DNA from: Candidatus Helarchaeota archaeon
GTDB lineage: Archaea; Asgardarchaeota; Lokiarchaeia; Helarchaeales; RDOG01
Assembly (NCBI GenBank): GCA_019058315.1
Contig: JAHPZH010000002.1
Location: 768,001-832,000, forward strand
Direction of reading: 5' to 3'
DNA length: 64,000 nt
The translations under genes and the position numbers were made by a program. The notes under the pieces were generated by a model. The model was given only the letters and a program-made list of their open reading frames with translations, was not told the DNA's origin and did no database searches. Numbering within the stretch: position 1 is the stretch's first letter; every line of letters starts with the position of its first letter. Below, piece by piece: positions 20,225-30,792 of the stretch.

Positions 20225-20947
20225 ATGTCACAAGATTTCGACGAGGTTATTCTCCGGTCATATCCAAAAATCATATTCTTCTGGCCTACGGCAATAGTTT
20301 CGGCAATACTCGGATTATTTGCTCAATTTATACCCATTATGAATGTATCTCCCTTAGACTTTTTATACCAAACTTCACTTAGTAATGGGTGGACAATAGA
20401 TTGGAGAGTCATATTAGGTTTAATTTGGTTCGGTAGCTTTACGGCTAATCTCTTTGTCATTTCATTTGATTACAGTAGTTCAAAAGTTATTGCTTTAATC
20501 TTATGTGTTATAGTTGGTGTTCTTGTAATAATATTATTATTAATATATTTTCCAAATCTCGGTCAAAAATTACCACGATTTTCGATAAATGAATTAGGTC
20601 TCACGATGTCTTTTGAGTTTTACTATACAATAGCTGGACTTTTCGGATTTACATTTTTAATTATTTGGATAGGAAAACATTGGGACTACTATAAAATTAC
20701 TTCCCAAGATATTATTCATAAGAACGGAATTCTTGGAGATGAGGAAAGGTTTCCTGCTCCCAATATTCATATCCATAAAAGAATCACTGATGTTTTTGAA
20801 TTTCTGTTACTTAAATCCGGAGAACTTACTATTATACCCGCTCAAAGAACTACAATAATTCACTTACCTAATGTATTAAATATTAATAAAAAAGAGAAAG
20901 AGATTCAAGAAGTCTTAAAAACGCTTGAAGTCGAAGTAGAGAAATGA
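20225..20947 (+). CDS. membrane protein with bPH_2-like domain (paralogue of 2448-3167)
   Basis: Near-identical N- and C-termini to the 2448 protein. Confidence 0.6.
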   Translation: MSQDFDEVILRSYPKIIFFWPTAIVSAILGLFAQFIPIMNVSPLDFLYQTSLSNGWTIDWRVILGLIWFGSFTANLFVISFDYSSSKVIALILCVIVGVLVIILLLIYFPNLGQKLPRFSINELGLTMSFEFYYTIAGLFGFTFLIIWIGKHWDYYKITSQDIIHKNGILGDEERFPAPNIHIHKRITDVFEFLLLKSGELTIIPAQRTTIIHLPNVLNINKKEKEIQEVLKTLEVEVEK

Positions 20948-21033
20948 TAATGGTTTATTTGGAGTGAATGACTGTCTCAATTATAAAATTGATTAATTTG
21001 GTGAATCTATATAATATTTAATCTGGTGTTTAA

Positions 21034-21393
21034 ATGAAAACTGACCTATTTTCAAATGTGATGGAGTTCCTAAAAAACGAAAAAATCAAGATTATAAAAA
21101 GGAAGATCTCCGAATCAGAATTTCTGTTTGAAAACCCAGACTCATTGATTACTGTTAAATTTGTAATGAACAATATAAACCACGAGATTTTGTATGATAT
21201 CTACTCAACTAAATATTATATACATTTAAAAGAGGAGACAATAAAGGACGTGGAAAAATTGGAGTCTATCGCAGAAGATTATGGTAATTGGAATTTTGCG
21301 AAAGCTGTAGAGGATATATGGCTAATTATTGACGAAATCAAGTATTGGGCTTATAATAATGATTTTGGAGTTAAAGAAAAGGAATTAATTTAG
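21034..21393 (+). CDS. hypothetical protein
   Basis: 119-aa ORF, GGTG SD, co-oriented with its neighbours. Confidence 0.65.
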   Translation: MKTDLFSNVMEFLKNEKIKIIKRKISESEFLFENPDSLITVKFVMNNINHEILYDIYSTKYYIHLKEETIKDVEKLESIAEDYGNWNFAKAVEDIWLIIDEIKYWAYNNDFGVKEKELI

Positions 21394-21452
21394 CTTTTAA
21401 ATTTTCTATTTCTTATAAAATATTTCCGAACAAACAGGAATGATCTTATTAA

Positions 21453-22271
21453 ATGTATGAAACTGGAATCGTTTTAGGAATTATAATTAGCATATTATAT
21501 CCTCTATCTATTGCTTTAGTATTAAAAAAATTCAAATTCGACGATAAACGTTGGAAATATCTATTAATTGCCTTTATAATAGGTGCTCTTTTCTTTTTTA
21601 TTGGGTTAATTCGTAAAATCTATGTTTACTTTATTCCTTTGCCCACACTCCTATGGATAGATTTAGTTGTTACTGGATTTATTGAGGAGTTAATGAAATT
21701 ACTCGTTATATTAATAATCATTAAAAAATTACCTGCAGATCTTAAAGAAGCTCCTTATTATGGTTTACTTATTGGTCTAGGATTTGGTGCAGGAGAAATG
21801 TTATATATTCTATTACCTCTCCCCACTTTAGCACCGGCTTACGAGAACGCGATAATAGCAAATTTAATATTTGCAACATTAACAACATCTCCACTCTCTG
21901 ATTTGTTTTGGTACTACGTTATTGTTTACACAAATTATTGGCTCCAAATTACTTCTGTGGTAAATATATTTGGTATACCTCTCATTAATTTGTACGAGAG
22001 ATTAATTATAGTTCCATTTCATGCTACTACTGCAATATTAATTGGTCAAGGATTTAAAGCAGAAAGTCCCAGATTTAAGCTATTTGGAATAGAGTTTACA
22101 CCTAAAATCAATTATTTCTTAATAGCCATTGGATTGCATATTGTAATCGATCTTTTTGCAGTATTAAATTATTTATTAGTAATAACAACTGAAATTATGG
22201 AAATAATCATTACTCCAATAGCGTTATCAACTTTCATTGTTGTTATATGGCTATTTATTCTAAAGGATTAA
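21453..22271 (+). CDS. PrsW/YhfC family glutamic-type intramembrane protease
   Basis: GFIEELMK, GLGFGAGE, ER...FHA, LHIVID motifs. Confidence 0.8.
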   Translation: MYETGIVLGIIISILYPLSIALVLKKFKFDDKRWKYLLIAFIIGALFFFIGLIRKIYVYFIPLPTLLWIDLVVTGFIEELMKLLVILIIIKKLPADLKEAPYYGLLIGLGFGAGEMLYILLPLPTLAPAYENAIIANLIFATLTTSPLSDLFWYYVIVYTNYWLQITSVVNIFGIPLINLYERLIIVPFHATTAILIGQGFKAESPRFKLFGIEFTPKINYFLIAIGLHIVIDLFAVLNYLLVITTEIMEIIITPIALSTFIVVIWLFILKD

Positions 22272-22281
22272 AAATATAAAG

Positions 22282-22932
22282 TCATTGCATAGAATTTTTA
22301 AGTTTTTCAATAATTTTGAACTGTTTAACATCTTCAATATCTCGACCAATCACAAAAGAACCGACTATCATTATATAGCATCCAAATAGAATATCAGAGA
22401 AAGCTACTCCATGAATGACGAATATAAAACCAGGAACTATAAAACAAATACCAAAGAAACCTTCATGAAAATGATAACCTAAAACGTCGATCTCTATAAT
22501 CTGTTTGCCCAATCTATCAGTAATATGTGGTAAAACTAATAAAATCCAAAGAACGAACGCAACTGATAGAACATCTGCTACAAATAATATAATTGGGGGA
22601 ACTATTTCGACATGATAAAACCCAATAAAAGTAAAGATTGGAATTATAATTAAAAAAAGGAGAAAGGTAAATGCTTTTTTATGTCCTTTTAACTGATGTT
22701 CGGGTTCTTTATTTTTTGAGAAAATTCCACTAATACCAACGAAAAAAATTCCAATTAGAATAATGAAAATACAAAGTGTTCGAGTTAATGGAAGGGAATT
22801 TCTTAGTTCTGTTACGTAAAGATAGTTTAATATTAAAATTGCGGCATGAATAAATCCCAAAATTAATCCAATGCTTATTGTGAAAATGCCTAATTTTATA
22901 ATTCTCCTCATTTTCAAATCATTTAAGAACAT
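22282..22932 (-). CDS. multi-pass membrane protein with HFHE motif
   Basis: About 6 hydrophobic helices; GYHFHEG. Confidence 0.6.
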   Translation of the reverse strand: MFLNDLKMRRIIKLGIFTISIGLILGFIHAAILILNYLYVTELRNSLPLTRTLCIFIILIGIFFVGISGIFSKNKEPEHQLKGHKKAFTFLLFLIIIPIFTFIGFYHVEIVPPIILFVADVLSVAFVLWILLVLPHITDRLGKQIIEIDVLGYHFHEGFFGICFIVPGFIFVIHGVAFSDILFGCYIMIVGSFVIGRDIEDVKQFKIIEKLKNSMQ

Positions 22933-22985
22933 TAACTGAAATCATGGTGGAAATTAAGATAAAATTAAAAAAAATCTAAAAAAAG

Positions 22986-25439
22986 TTAAGATTTTTCTTT
23001 TCTTCTTTTTATTAATTTGTATAGACCGACTTTTAAAAGGTCTGTTAAGACAAAAAGTACCAGAGCATATATCCAGACAAACAAAGCAAGAATCCAACCA
23101 ATTGGTGAAACAATAAAACCATATACTGTGATGAAGGTTGCTATTGTTTGGGTAATTACAACTGCAAAGAATAGAATTTTACTTGGTTTAATAGACCAAA
23201 AAGGACCTCGTGTACGTGCTACAAATAGAGTCAAATGTCCAGCAACGGAAAGTTTTAAATATATAAAGGATTGAATCGTCTCCTTGGGAAGGTGTAATAT
23301 GACCTGAGCAATATAGAAAATACCAAAAGAAGATCCAACACCTATTATTCCTAGAAAGGTTGATACCATCAGAACCATCCTCATATTCCATCTTTCTGGT
23401 TCATTTGAATAAGTAACATTATCATAGGCAATAGTCATTATTGGTGCATCATTAAGAAGTGCTAAGAGAACTATCATAATGGCTGTTACGGGATAAAAAT
23501 TAAACACTATTATTGAAACAGTCATAAAGAGTAAAACCCGAATAGTTTCAGCGATTCGATAAAGTGAATAATTATTCATGCGTTGAAATATTTTACGGCT
23601 TTCTTTAATGGAATCAATAATAACTGATAGCCCCGGTCTTGTGAGAACAATATCTGCTGCTGATTTAGCAGCATCAGTAGCATTTGCAACTGCTATTCCT
23701 GCGTCAGCTTTCTTCAAAGCTGGGGCATCATTAACTCCATCCCCAGTCATGCCAACAATATGTCCTGCATTTTGGAGTAAATCGACAATATGAAATTTAT
23801 GTTCAGGAAAAACTTGAGCAAAACCATTAGCTGTTTCAACAATTCGTTGAGCTTCATTGTCTGGTTTATCTATGAATGAAGAAATTGGAACCATATTGGT
23901 CTCTAAATCTACTTGGAGAGCAACCTCCTTGGCGATAGCTATATGATCACCAGTAACCATTTTGACATCAACACCCATTGATTTTGCTGTATCGATAGTT
24001 TCCTTTGAATCTTCACGAGGAGGATCATATAGTGGAATAAGTCCGATATATTCCCAATTTCCTTGTGAATCAGTTTTAGCCAAACCTAATGTTCGATATC
24101 CTTTATGTGCATAAGTGTTAATTATTTCATTAATCTTAGTACTAATTGCTTCATCGTTAGCCAGAAGTGACAGAATAACTTGAGGTGCTCCCTTGGAAAC
24201 GTTGAAAATTTTTCCAGTGTTATCCTCTATTTTAGCTTCTGTACGTTTTGCGACTGGATCAAAGGGTTTAAATGCAGTGACTTTATAAGGTTTGAGAAGT
24301 TTTTCAGAGGATTGTAGTGTTTTAAATTTTGTAATAATTGCATTATCAATAGGGTCTTGATCTTCTTCTCTGGATGCCAAAGTGGCAAGTAATAAAACAT
24401 CTTCATCTGTATAACTGTCAAAATGAGTCAGTTCTGCCACGCTTAACTCGTTTTTTGTTATTGTGCCTGTTTTATCTGAGCATAAAACATCCATTCCTGC
24501 CATTTCTTCAATAGCAACAAGCCTGCTGACAATGGCTTCCTTTTTAGCTAAAGATGTCGCACCGATCGCCATAGTTACAGATAGAACTGCCGGTAGAGCA
24601 ACTGGAATAGCTGCGACAATCAGAACCAGTGCAAATTGAAGAGTTTCTGCTATACTTTCCTGACGAAACATTGCTACAAAAAATATAAGAATAACCAAAA
24701 AAACAGCAACAATGATTAAAAAATTTCCAATTTTCATGACTGCTTTTTGGAAATGACTTCTCTTTTCAGCTTCTTCTATCATTTTAGTAGTTTTACCGAA
24801 ATATGTATTCATTCCTGTTGTAACAACAATAGCATCTACCTCACCTTGCCGAATAATAGAACTGGAATAGGATATATCCTCAACATGTTTTTCTACAGGT
24901 AAGGATTCACCTGTCAATGCAGATTCATCTGTAAGCAAATAATCTCCACATATTATTTTAGAATCCGCAGGGACAATGTCTCCAAGGCGTAATCGTAGCA
25001 TATCACCTGGAACAAGATCTCTGGCCTCTATATCTTGCCATTCACCATCACGTAAGACTCTAGCCCTCAGTGCCAATTTCTCTTTTAATAATTCAATTGC
25101 ATTATCCGCTTTATGTTCCTCCCAGAAACGAACTACTGCATTTAAAAGCAGTAAAATAATTATTATAATGAAATCATCCCAATGATCAATAATTGCTGAT
25201 AAGATGGCTGCAATTTCAATCATCCAAGGAATGGGTCCCCAAAAATTTTTCAAAAATTTGATAAAGGGATTTTTTTTCTTTTCAGAGATTTCATTAGGAC
25301 CGTATTTTTGAAGACGATTACTCGCTTCTAAATTAGATATTCCTTTATCTGTTGTAGAAAGTTTATTTAACAATTCATCAATCTGAATATTTTTGGCTTG
25401 TTCAGTAGTTATTATATTTTCTTGCATAACTAAATTCAT
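22986..25439 (-). CDS. plasma-membrane proton-efflux P-type ATPase (type IIIA)
   Basis: WGPIPWMIE, TGES, IPVALPAV, CSDKTGT, GMTGDGVNDAPALKKAD. Confidence 0.95.
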   Translation of the reverse strand: MNLVMQENIITTEQAKNIQIDELLNKLSTTDKGISNLEASNRLQKYGPNEISEKKKNPFIKFLKNFWGPIPWMIEIAAILSAIIDHWDDFIIIIILLLLNAVVRFWEEHKADNAIELLKEKLALRARVLRDGEWQDIEARDLVPGDMLRLRLGDIVPADSKIICGDYLLTDESALTGESLPVEKHVEDISYSSSIIRQGEVDAIVVTTGMNTYFGKTTKMIEEAEKRSHFQKAVMKIGNFLIIVAVFLVILIFFVAMFRQESIAETLQFALVLIVAAIPVALPAVLSVTMAIGATSLAKKEAIVSRLVAIEEMAGMDVLCSDKTGTITKNELSVAELTHFDSYTDEDVLLLATLASREEDQDPIDNAIITKFKTLQSSEKLLKPYKVTAFKPFDPVAKRTEAKIEDNTGKIFNVSKGAPQVILSLLANDEAISTKINEIINTYAHKGYRTLGLAKTDSQGNWEYIGLIPLYDPPREDSKETIDTAKSMGVDVKMVTGDHIAIAKEVALQVDLETNMVPISSFIDKPDNEAQRIVETANGFAQVFPEHKFHIVDLLQNAGHIVGMTGDGVNDAPALKKADAGIAVANATDAAKSAADIVLTRPGLSVIIDSIKESRKIFQRMNNYSLYRIAETIRVLLFMTVSIIVFNFYPVTAIMIVLLALLNDAPIMTIAYDNVTYSNEPERWNMRMVLMVSTFLGIIGVGSSFGIFYIAQVILHLPKETIQSFIYLKLSVAGHLTLFVARTRGPFWSIKPSKILFFAVVITQTIATFITVYGFIVSPIGWILALFVWIYALVLFVLTDLLKVGLYKLIKRRKEKS

Positions 25440-25705
25440 CCCTCTAAAATTTTTATTTATTACAATATAAAAATCTCTAAATGTTCAAAAATTAATTGAT
25501 TTAATTTTAAAAATTAATTTAATAACAATTCAAGAGAAAATATTCTTTTAAACCTTATTATTTTAGAAAATTCTGAGAGAATAATATAACCATGTAATAA
25601 ATTTTGTATAATAGTGTATTTTTAAACACAAATGGGATTTGAAATAACAAATTTTTCAAAAAATTAAATAGTTTACTAATGAAATAATAATTTGGAAATG
25701 ATATA

Positions 25706-27172
25706 ATGAAAATAAAACGAAAAAGAATAACTAGATCTAAAATTGTATGCACGATTGGACCTGCAACTAAATCAGAAGATATATTAAAGAAACTAATTGA
25801 AGCAGGTATGAATGTTGCAAGATTAAATTTATCCCATGGAACTCATAAAGAACATGCTGAATTATTTGAAAGAATTAGGGCTTTATCCGATAAAATAGCA
25901 ATAATGTTTGATATACAAGGCCCTAAAATACGTTTAGGAAAAATGAAAGATGATCTAAAATATAGCTTAAAAATGGGAGACCTATTTACATTAACATCAA
26001 GAAATATCGAAGGAAATGGAGATATTTCATCGATTACATATAAGAAATTACCTTCTGATGTGAAAATAGGCGATTTATTATATGTCAATGACGGGATAAT
26101 ATGCTTAAAAGTTTTGGAAATAAATAATAATACTGATATTAAATGCAAAGTTCTTACAGGAGGAGAAATTTCAAGTCATAAAGGAATTAATGCACCAAAT
26201 GTGACAATTACCGAGACTGTACCGACTGAACAAGACATCGAAAATTTGAAATTTATCGCTAAATTAAATTCTGATTATGTAGCTGCTTCTTTCGTTACAA
26301 ATGCAGATAATGTGATTAGAATAAAGCAAATACTTGAAAATTCAAATGCAGATATCCCTATAATTAGTAAAATTGAACGTCCTGGTGCTATTAAAAATTT
26401 TGATGCTATATTAAAGGTTTCGAATGGAATAATGGTAGCAAGAGGAGATCTTGGTGTGGAAATGCAGAGCGAAAATGTTCCTATTCTACAAAAGGAAATA
26501 ATTAGAAAATGTAATAAAATTGGGAAACCAGTCATTTGCGCAACCCAAATGCTTGATAGTATGCAATATAAACCAACTCCTACTAGAGCAGAAGCTAGTG
26601 ATGTCTTCAATGCGATATTAGATGGAGCAGATTCTGTTATGCTTTCCGGCGAAACTGCCATAGGAAAATATCCATTGGAAGCAGTTAAAATGATGGAAAA
26701 GATAATAATAAATGCCGAAAATTCCATGCCTCCTGTTGATTTATATAAATATGATTCAATAAATCCATCTAATGCAGAAATACTTAGTCATGCTGGAATG
26801 GTGATTTTAAGAGAAATTGATCGTCATAGACGGGCACAATTGGATGCGATTATAGTAATTACACGTTCTGGATATACGGCTCGGATGATTTCTAAGTATA
26901 GACCTAATGCACCGATTTTTGCGGTAACATATGATAAAAATACGTATAGACGTTTATTTCTCTTATGGGGAGTTGAAGCAATATATTTACCCCAAACCCC
27001 TAGCTTGCATACTATTACACGAGAAGCTATAAAAAAAGTGTATGAAGAAGGTTATATAGAACTTGATGATACAATATTAATTTCATCTGGTTCTGATTTG
27101 GTACCTCTAATTAAAACAACTTCTATTAGCCTTTTTAATGTGAACGACATTCTGACTAATGAAAATTCTTAA
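25706..27172 (+). CDS. pyk: pyruvate kinase
   Basis: KIVCTIGPA, GMNVARLN.SHG, IMVARGDLGVE, PTRAE.SDV.NA. Confidence 0.97.
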   Translation: MKIKRKRITRSKIVCTIGPATKSEDILKKLIEAGMNVARLNLSHGTHKEHAELFERIRALSDKIAIMFDIQGPKIRLGKMKDDLKYSLKMGDLFTLTSRNIEGNGDISSITYKKLPSDVKIGDLLYVNDGIICLKVLEINNNTDIKCKVLTGGEISSHKGINAPNVTITETVPTEQDIENLKFIAKLNSDYVAASFVTNADNVIRIKQILENSNADIPIISKIERPGAIKNFDAILKVSNGIMVARGDLGVEMQSENVPILQKEIIRKCNKIGKPVICATQMLDSMQYKPTPTRAEASDVFNAILDGADSVMLSGETAIGKYPLEAVKMMEKIIINAENSMPPVDLYKYDSINPSNAEILSHAGMVILREIDRHRRAQLDAIIVITRSGYTARMISKYRPNAPIFAVTYDKNTYRRLFLLWGVEAIYLPQTPSLHTITREAIKKVYEEGYIELDDTILISSGSDLVPLIKTTSISLFNVNDILTNENS

Positions 27173-27239
27173 TTTTTTACAAACTTTTAAAATAATAATT
27201 AAAGAAATTTATAAGTTCTCTTAAAAGTGTCTAAATTAA

Positions 27240-28412
27240 CTAAGAAAATCTTAGAATAAATGCAAGTTCTTCTTCACCAATATATCCTATTATGTTATTT
27301 TCTCGACCCCTAACAATAACTATCTTTGGATGTGTCGTTATTTGATTGATTTTTTTCCAAACTTCAAGACCGCTTTTATTATAATCTATTGATGGAAATT
27401 CGTCTATATCTCTCATTATACTTTTCGCGTTCTTCAAATGAGATTCTTCTACATTAACGTTCTTGATGTCTGTAAAATGAATAATTCCTATAATCTTTCC
27501 ATCTATTCCAACAGGGAAATATCCCTTTTTGTATTTTATAAAATAATTATTAATCAAATTTTCGAGAGACATATCTTGGGGAATTATTAATTCAAATTCA
27601 TGTAAAAGTTCACCAGCAGTAATTTTCGATAGCTTTACCTGAAGAATTGTCTGTAAATAAGCTGATTGGGCGGATGATCTTAAAAAGGATCCGATAATAA
27701 TTAACCAAATACCATTTATTAGACCAAAAAAGAAAATTTCTAAAAATCCGAATCCTATAAATAAAAAACCAAAAACTTGACCAACTTTTGAAGCAGTTTC
27801 TGTTGCTGATATATGATCTTTTCTAATTTTCCATATTAATGCTCTTAATAATCGGCCTCCATCCATTGGAAAAGCTGGCAAAAGATTAAATGCACCAAGT
27901 ATCAGATTTGACCAAGCAGAATAAAAAATAGTAGCATCTAAAATTAATCGAGCAGGGTTAAAGAGTCCTTTATTAAAATTGATAAACGTAGAATAGAAAT
28001 TAGGATATAAAAATTCATTAAAAGTGTCGCCCATGATAAACATCAATAGGAAGAAAAACCCACCTAGTAATAAACTTGAAAGGGGTCCTACAAAAGTAAT
28101 AAGAGCTTCCTCCTTAGGACTTTTAGGTTCTTCTTCAATTTTAGAGACTCCCCCAAACAAATATAACTCAATTTCAGATATAGGTAACCCAAATTTTAAT
28201 GCTGTCAAGGAATGTATTAGTTCATGAATAATTATTGAAAATAGAATTATTAATCCATTTATTATTCCAATTATAATCAATTGCCAAAGAGGTGCCATTC
28301 CTAAGGTTAATTGATAATAAAATGATGAGACTATATATCCTACCATTAAAACAATTAATAATGTTGAAAAATGTATAATAATCTGTATGCCTTTAATTTT
28401 AGCTAATTTCAA
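27240..28412 (-). CDS. site-2 protease (M50) with CBS domains
   Basis: HELIH zinc motif, FNLLPAFPMDGGR, C-terminal CBS pair. Confidence 0.92.
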   Translation of the reverse strand: MKLAKIKGIQIIIHFSTLLIVLMVGYIVSSFYYQLTLGMAPLWQLIIIGIINGLIILFSIIIHELIHSLTALKFGLPISEIELYLFGGVSKIEEEPKSPKEEALITFVGPLSSLLLGGFFFLLMFIMGDTFNEFLYPNFYSTFINFNKGLFNPARLILDATIFYSAWSNLILGAFNLLPAFPMDGGRLLRALIWKIRKDHISATETASKVGQVFGFLFIGFGFLEIFFFGLINGIWLIIIGSFLRSSAQSAYLQTILQVKLSKITAGELLHEFELIIPQDMSLENLINNYFIKYKKGYFPVGIDGKIIGIIHFTDIKNVNVEESHLKNAKSIMRDIDEFPSIDYNKSGLEVWKKINQITTHPKIVIVRGRENNIIGYIGEEELAFILRFS

Positions 28413-28479
28413 AAAAATCTCTCCTCAAATTTTATAAATATTTATATATTCTGAATCTCATTAAATTAATTCTCATAGG

Positions 28480-28656
28480 CTAATCATATAACCAGAATAT
28501 GTACAAAATTGTTGCTATATCATATATATCAGTTTGTGCTTTATTATAGAAGTATATTCCTATTATTCCTACAATAACAGCGATTATAATAATTATAGAT
28601 CCTAAAATTAATGGTCTTTTCCAGTTATCCACAATCCTCTGATCTTGATCACTCAT
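28480..28656 (-). CDS. small single-pass membrane protein, 58 aa (absent from the ORF track)
   Basis: MSDQDQRIVDNWKRPLILGSIIIIIAVIVGIIGIYFYNKAQTDIYDIATILYIFWLYD*; GGAATGA SD-like sequence. Confidence 0.55.
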   Translation of the reverse strand: MSDQDQRIVDNWKRPLILGSIIIIIAVIVGIIGIYFYNKAQTDIYDIATILYIFWLYD

Positions 28657-28910
28657 TTTATCATTCCAACACAGTATTTTGTAAAAATAAAATGAAAAAA
28701 ATTAATGAAAACAAAATATAAAAAAAATTTAGTATAATTATACTTACGAAAATTCTTATAAAAAGAATAATGTAATTTGAATAATCTAAAAGTTGAATTA
28801 TGTTTTATTAGGTCATACGGATTTCTATACAAATATTAGAGGTTTTTTATAATTTATATTTATCAAATAGTATGAAAAATCCATTCAAAATTAATTTTTA
28901 GTGAAATAAC

Positions 28911-29828
28911 TTGGAAAACAATGAAGGAGAAAAATTAGAAATAAATGTATATTTACAAAAAATGAGAATAAAACCCCAAGTAAATGGAACAGGTCAATAT
29001 TTTAAAACTAAATCTGGCGATGATCTTTATTATTATAGCTGGAGCTGTGGAAAGGAGCTAAAAAAAATCGTTTTAGGTATTCATGGTATGGCATCACATG
29101 GGATATTCTATATTCAAGTTGCAGATCAATTAATTCCAGATAATATCACCGTATACGCTTTGGATTTAAAACACCATGGAAAATCTAGTGGTAAGAAAGG
29201 AGATATAGATAATTTTGAAGAAATTATTGATCAAGTTGGTGAATTTATTCTATTCCTCAAACAGAAGCACGAAGATATCCCAATCTTCCTTATGGGAATG
29301 AGCCTGGGTTGTACTGTAGCAATTAATTATTCTGTATTATTCCCTAATATAATTAATGGGTTAATTTTAATGGCACCCCCCGTAAAAACAATCCTACATC
29401 TCACATTTAGAGATTTTATAGAATCTCCATATTATTTACTTACATATTTATTTTTTAGAGGAAAACCCGTAATTGATTTAACAAAGAGACATAGTTTATG
29501 TTCTAGAAATCCATGGAGGATTAAATACGATGAAATTGATAAATTACATCTAAAAAAAATATCTTTAAGATACTTGCTCCAAGGTAATGAATGGGATAAA
29601 AAAGCTCACGATAATGCAAATAAAATTTCCTGTCCAGTATTAATTCTACAAGGAACTGCTGATCATACTGTATCATATGAGGGAGTAGAGGAATTCTATA
29701 ATAAAATTTTATATGATGATAAAAAATTAGTTGAATTAAAAGGTGCATATCACTGTTTATTTTCAGATCCAGCAATGGTGGAACAAGGAGGTTGGGAAGA
29801 ACTTAAAAATTGGCTTTTATCTCATTAA
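28911..29828 (+). CDS. alpha/beta hydrolase (lysophospholipase / monoacylglycerol lipase-like)
   Basis: IHG, DLKHHGKS, GMSLG nucleophile elbow, QGTADH, AYH. Confidence 0.9.
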   Translation: MENNEGEKLEINVYLQKMRIKPQVNGTGQYFKTKSGDDLYYYSWSCGKELKKIVLGIHGMASHGIFYIQVADQLIPDNITVYALDLKHHGKSSGKKGDIDNFEEIIDQVGEFILFLKQKHEDIPIFLMGMSLGCTVAINYSVLFPNIINGLILMAPPVKTILHLTFRDFIESPYYLLTYLFFRGKPVIDLTKRHSLCSRNPWRIKYDEIDKLHLKKISLRYLLQGNEWDKKAHDNANKISCPVLILQGTADHTVSYEGVEEFYNKILYDDKKLVELKGAYHCLFSDPAMVEQGGWEELKNWLLSH

Positions 29829-29897
29829 TAGAGTGTTATTAGTAAAATTAATTGTTCATTTTCCTATTTATATGAAAAAATTTTCCTAGAAAAAATA

Positions 29898-30404
29898 CTA
29901 AATTATCTTTTTTCTTAATCTATTCAGTTCTTTAATAAAAATATCCATTTCTTCTTCTGTTAGGGGCTTAGGATCAAAATGTTCTCCTTTATTAGGAATA
30001 TATGGGGGGTTTCCCCAGTCGGAATCACTTTTATAACGGGGATATACATTCCAATGAATATGATGGTCCCAATTATCATAATATGCTAAATTAAATAGAT
30101 CTGGTTTAATTGCCTTATCTAATGCTCTCATTATTTTTATAGTATCATTCATGAATGAGTCAACAGTTTTTTCATGTAATTTTAAAAGATCTTCCTCATG
30201 AGTTTTTATCATTATAACTAAATGACCTTTATGGTGAAGTCTGCCAAATACAACTACAATATGATCATCCTCAAACAAAATTTCTTTCTCTTTCATAATT
30301 ATTTGACAAAAATTACATTCTGGATGGTTAGCTGGATTATTATTTTCATGTTTTAAATATTTGAATCGTTTAATTTCTATTTTTTTCCCTTTTCTGTTTA
30401 CCAA
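29898..30404 (-). CDS. HIT family protein
   Basis: CNFC and HHIHWNVYPRY. Confidence 0.85.
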   Translation of the reverse strand: MVNRKGKKIEIKRFKYLKHENNNPANHPECNFCQIIMKEKEILFEDDHIVVVFGRLHHKGHLVIMIKTHEEDLLKLHEKTVDSFMNDTIKIMRALDKAIKPDLFNLAYYDNWDHHIHWNVYPRYKSDSDWGNPPYIPNKGEHFDPKPLTEEEMDIFIKELNRLRKKII

Positions 30405-30426
30405 AAAAACACCCTAAATAATCATT

Positions 30427-30462
30427 CTTATTTTAAAGCAACTTATGCTTATTTTAAAGCAA
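30427..30462. repeat. 15-bp direct repeat CTTATTTTAAAGCAA x2, 21-bp period
   Basis: Exact copies at 30427-30441 and 30448-30462, upstream of the HIT gene. Confidence 0.8.
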
Positions 30463-30792
30463 TTTCTGTATATAAATTATATTAATGAAAAATCTATTTT
30501 ATCTTTAGAATAAGTTTAGTTTTTTAAAAGCCAAAAATCGAGTTTTCAAAGAAAATTAAAATAATTAATTTAATTAGCTTTTAAAATCGGTTTATTAAGT
30601 AAAAATTTCATAGAATTATATAATAATACATTATGAATTTCATCATATTTTTTCAACAACAGTTTTTTTCTTCTCATCTAATTTGGTAAAGAATTTCAAT
30701 TTGATAAAATTATTTTTATCAGAATTTCTTTGGGAATAAAAAAATATGTTAAAATATTACTTAATTCATAAGGAAAATAATGAGGTATATGT

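Noticed and set aside
28745-28765. TACGAAAATTCTTATA as a fifth operator copy
   Set aside because: The second half-site and downstream flank do not match; it looks like an ordinary BRE-TATA
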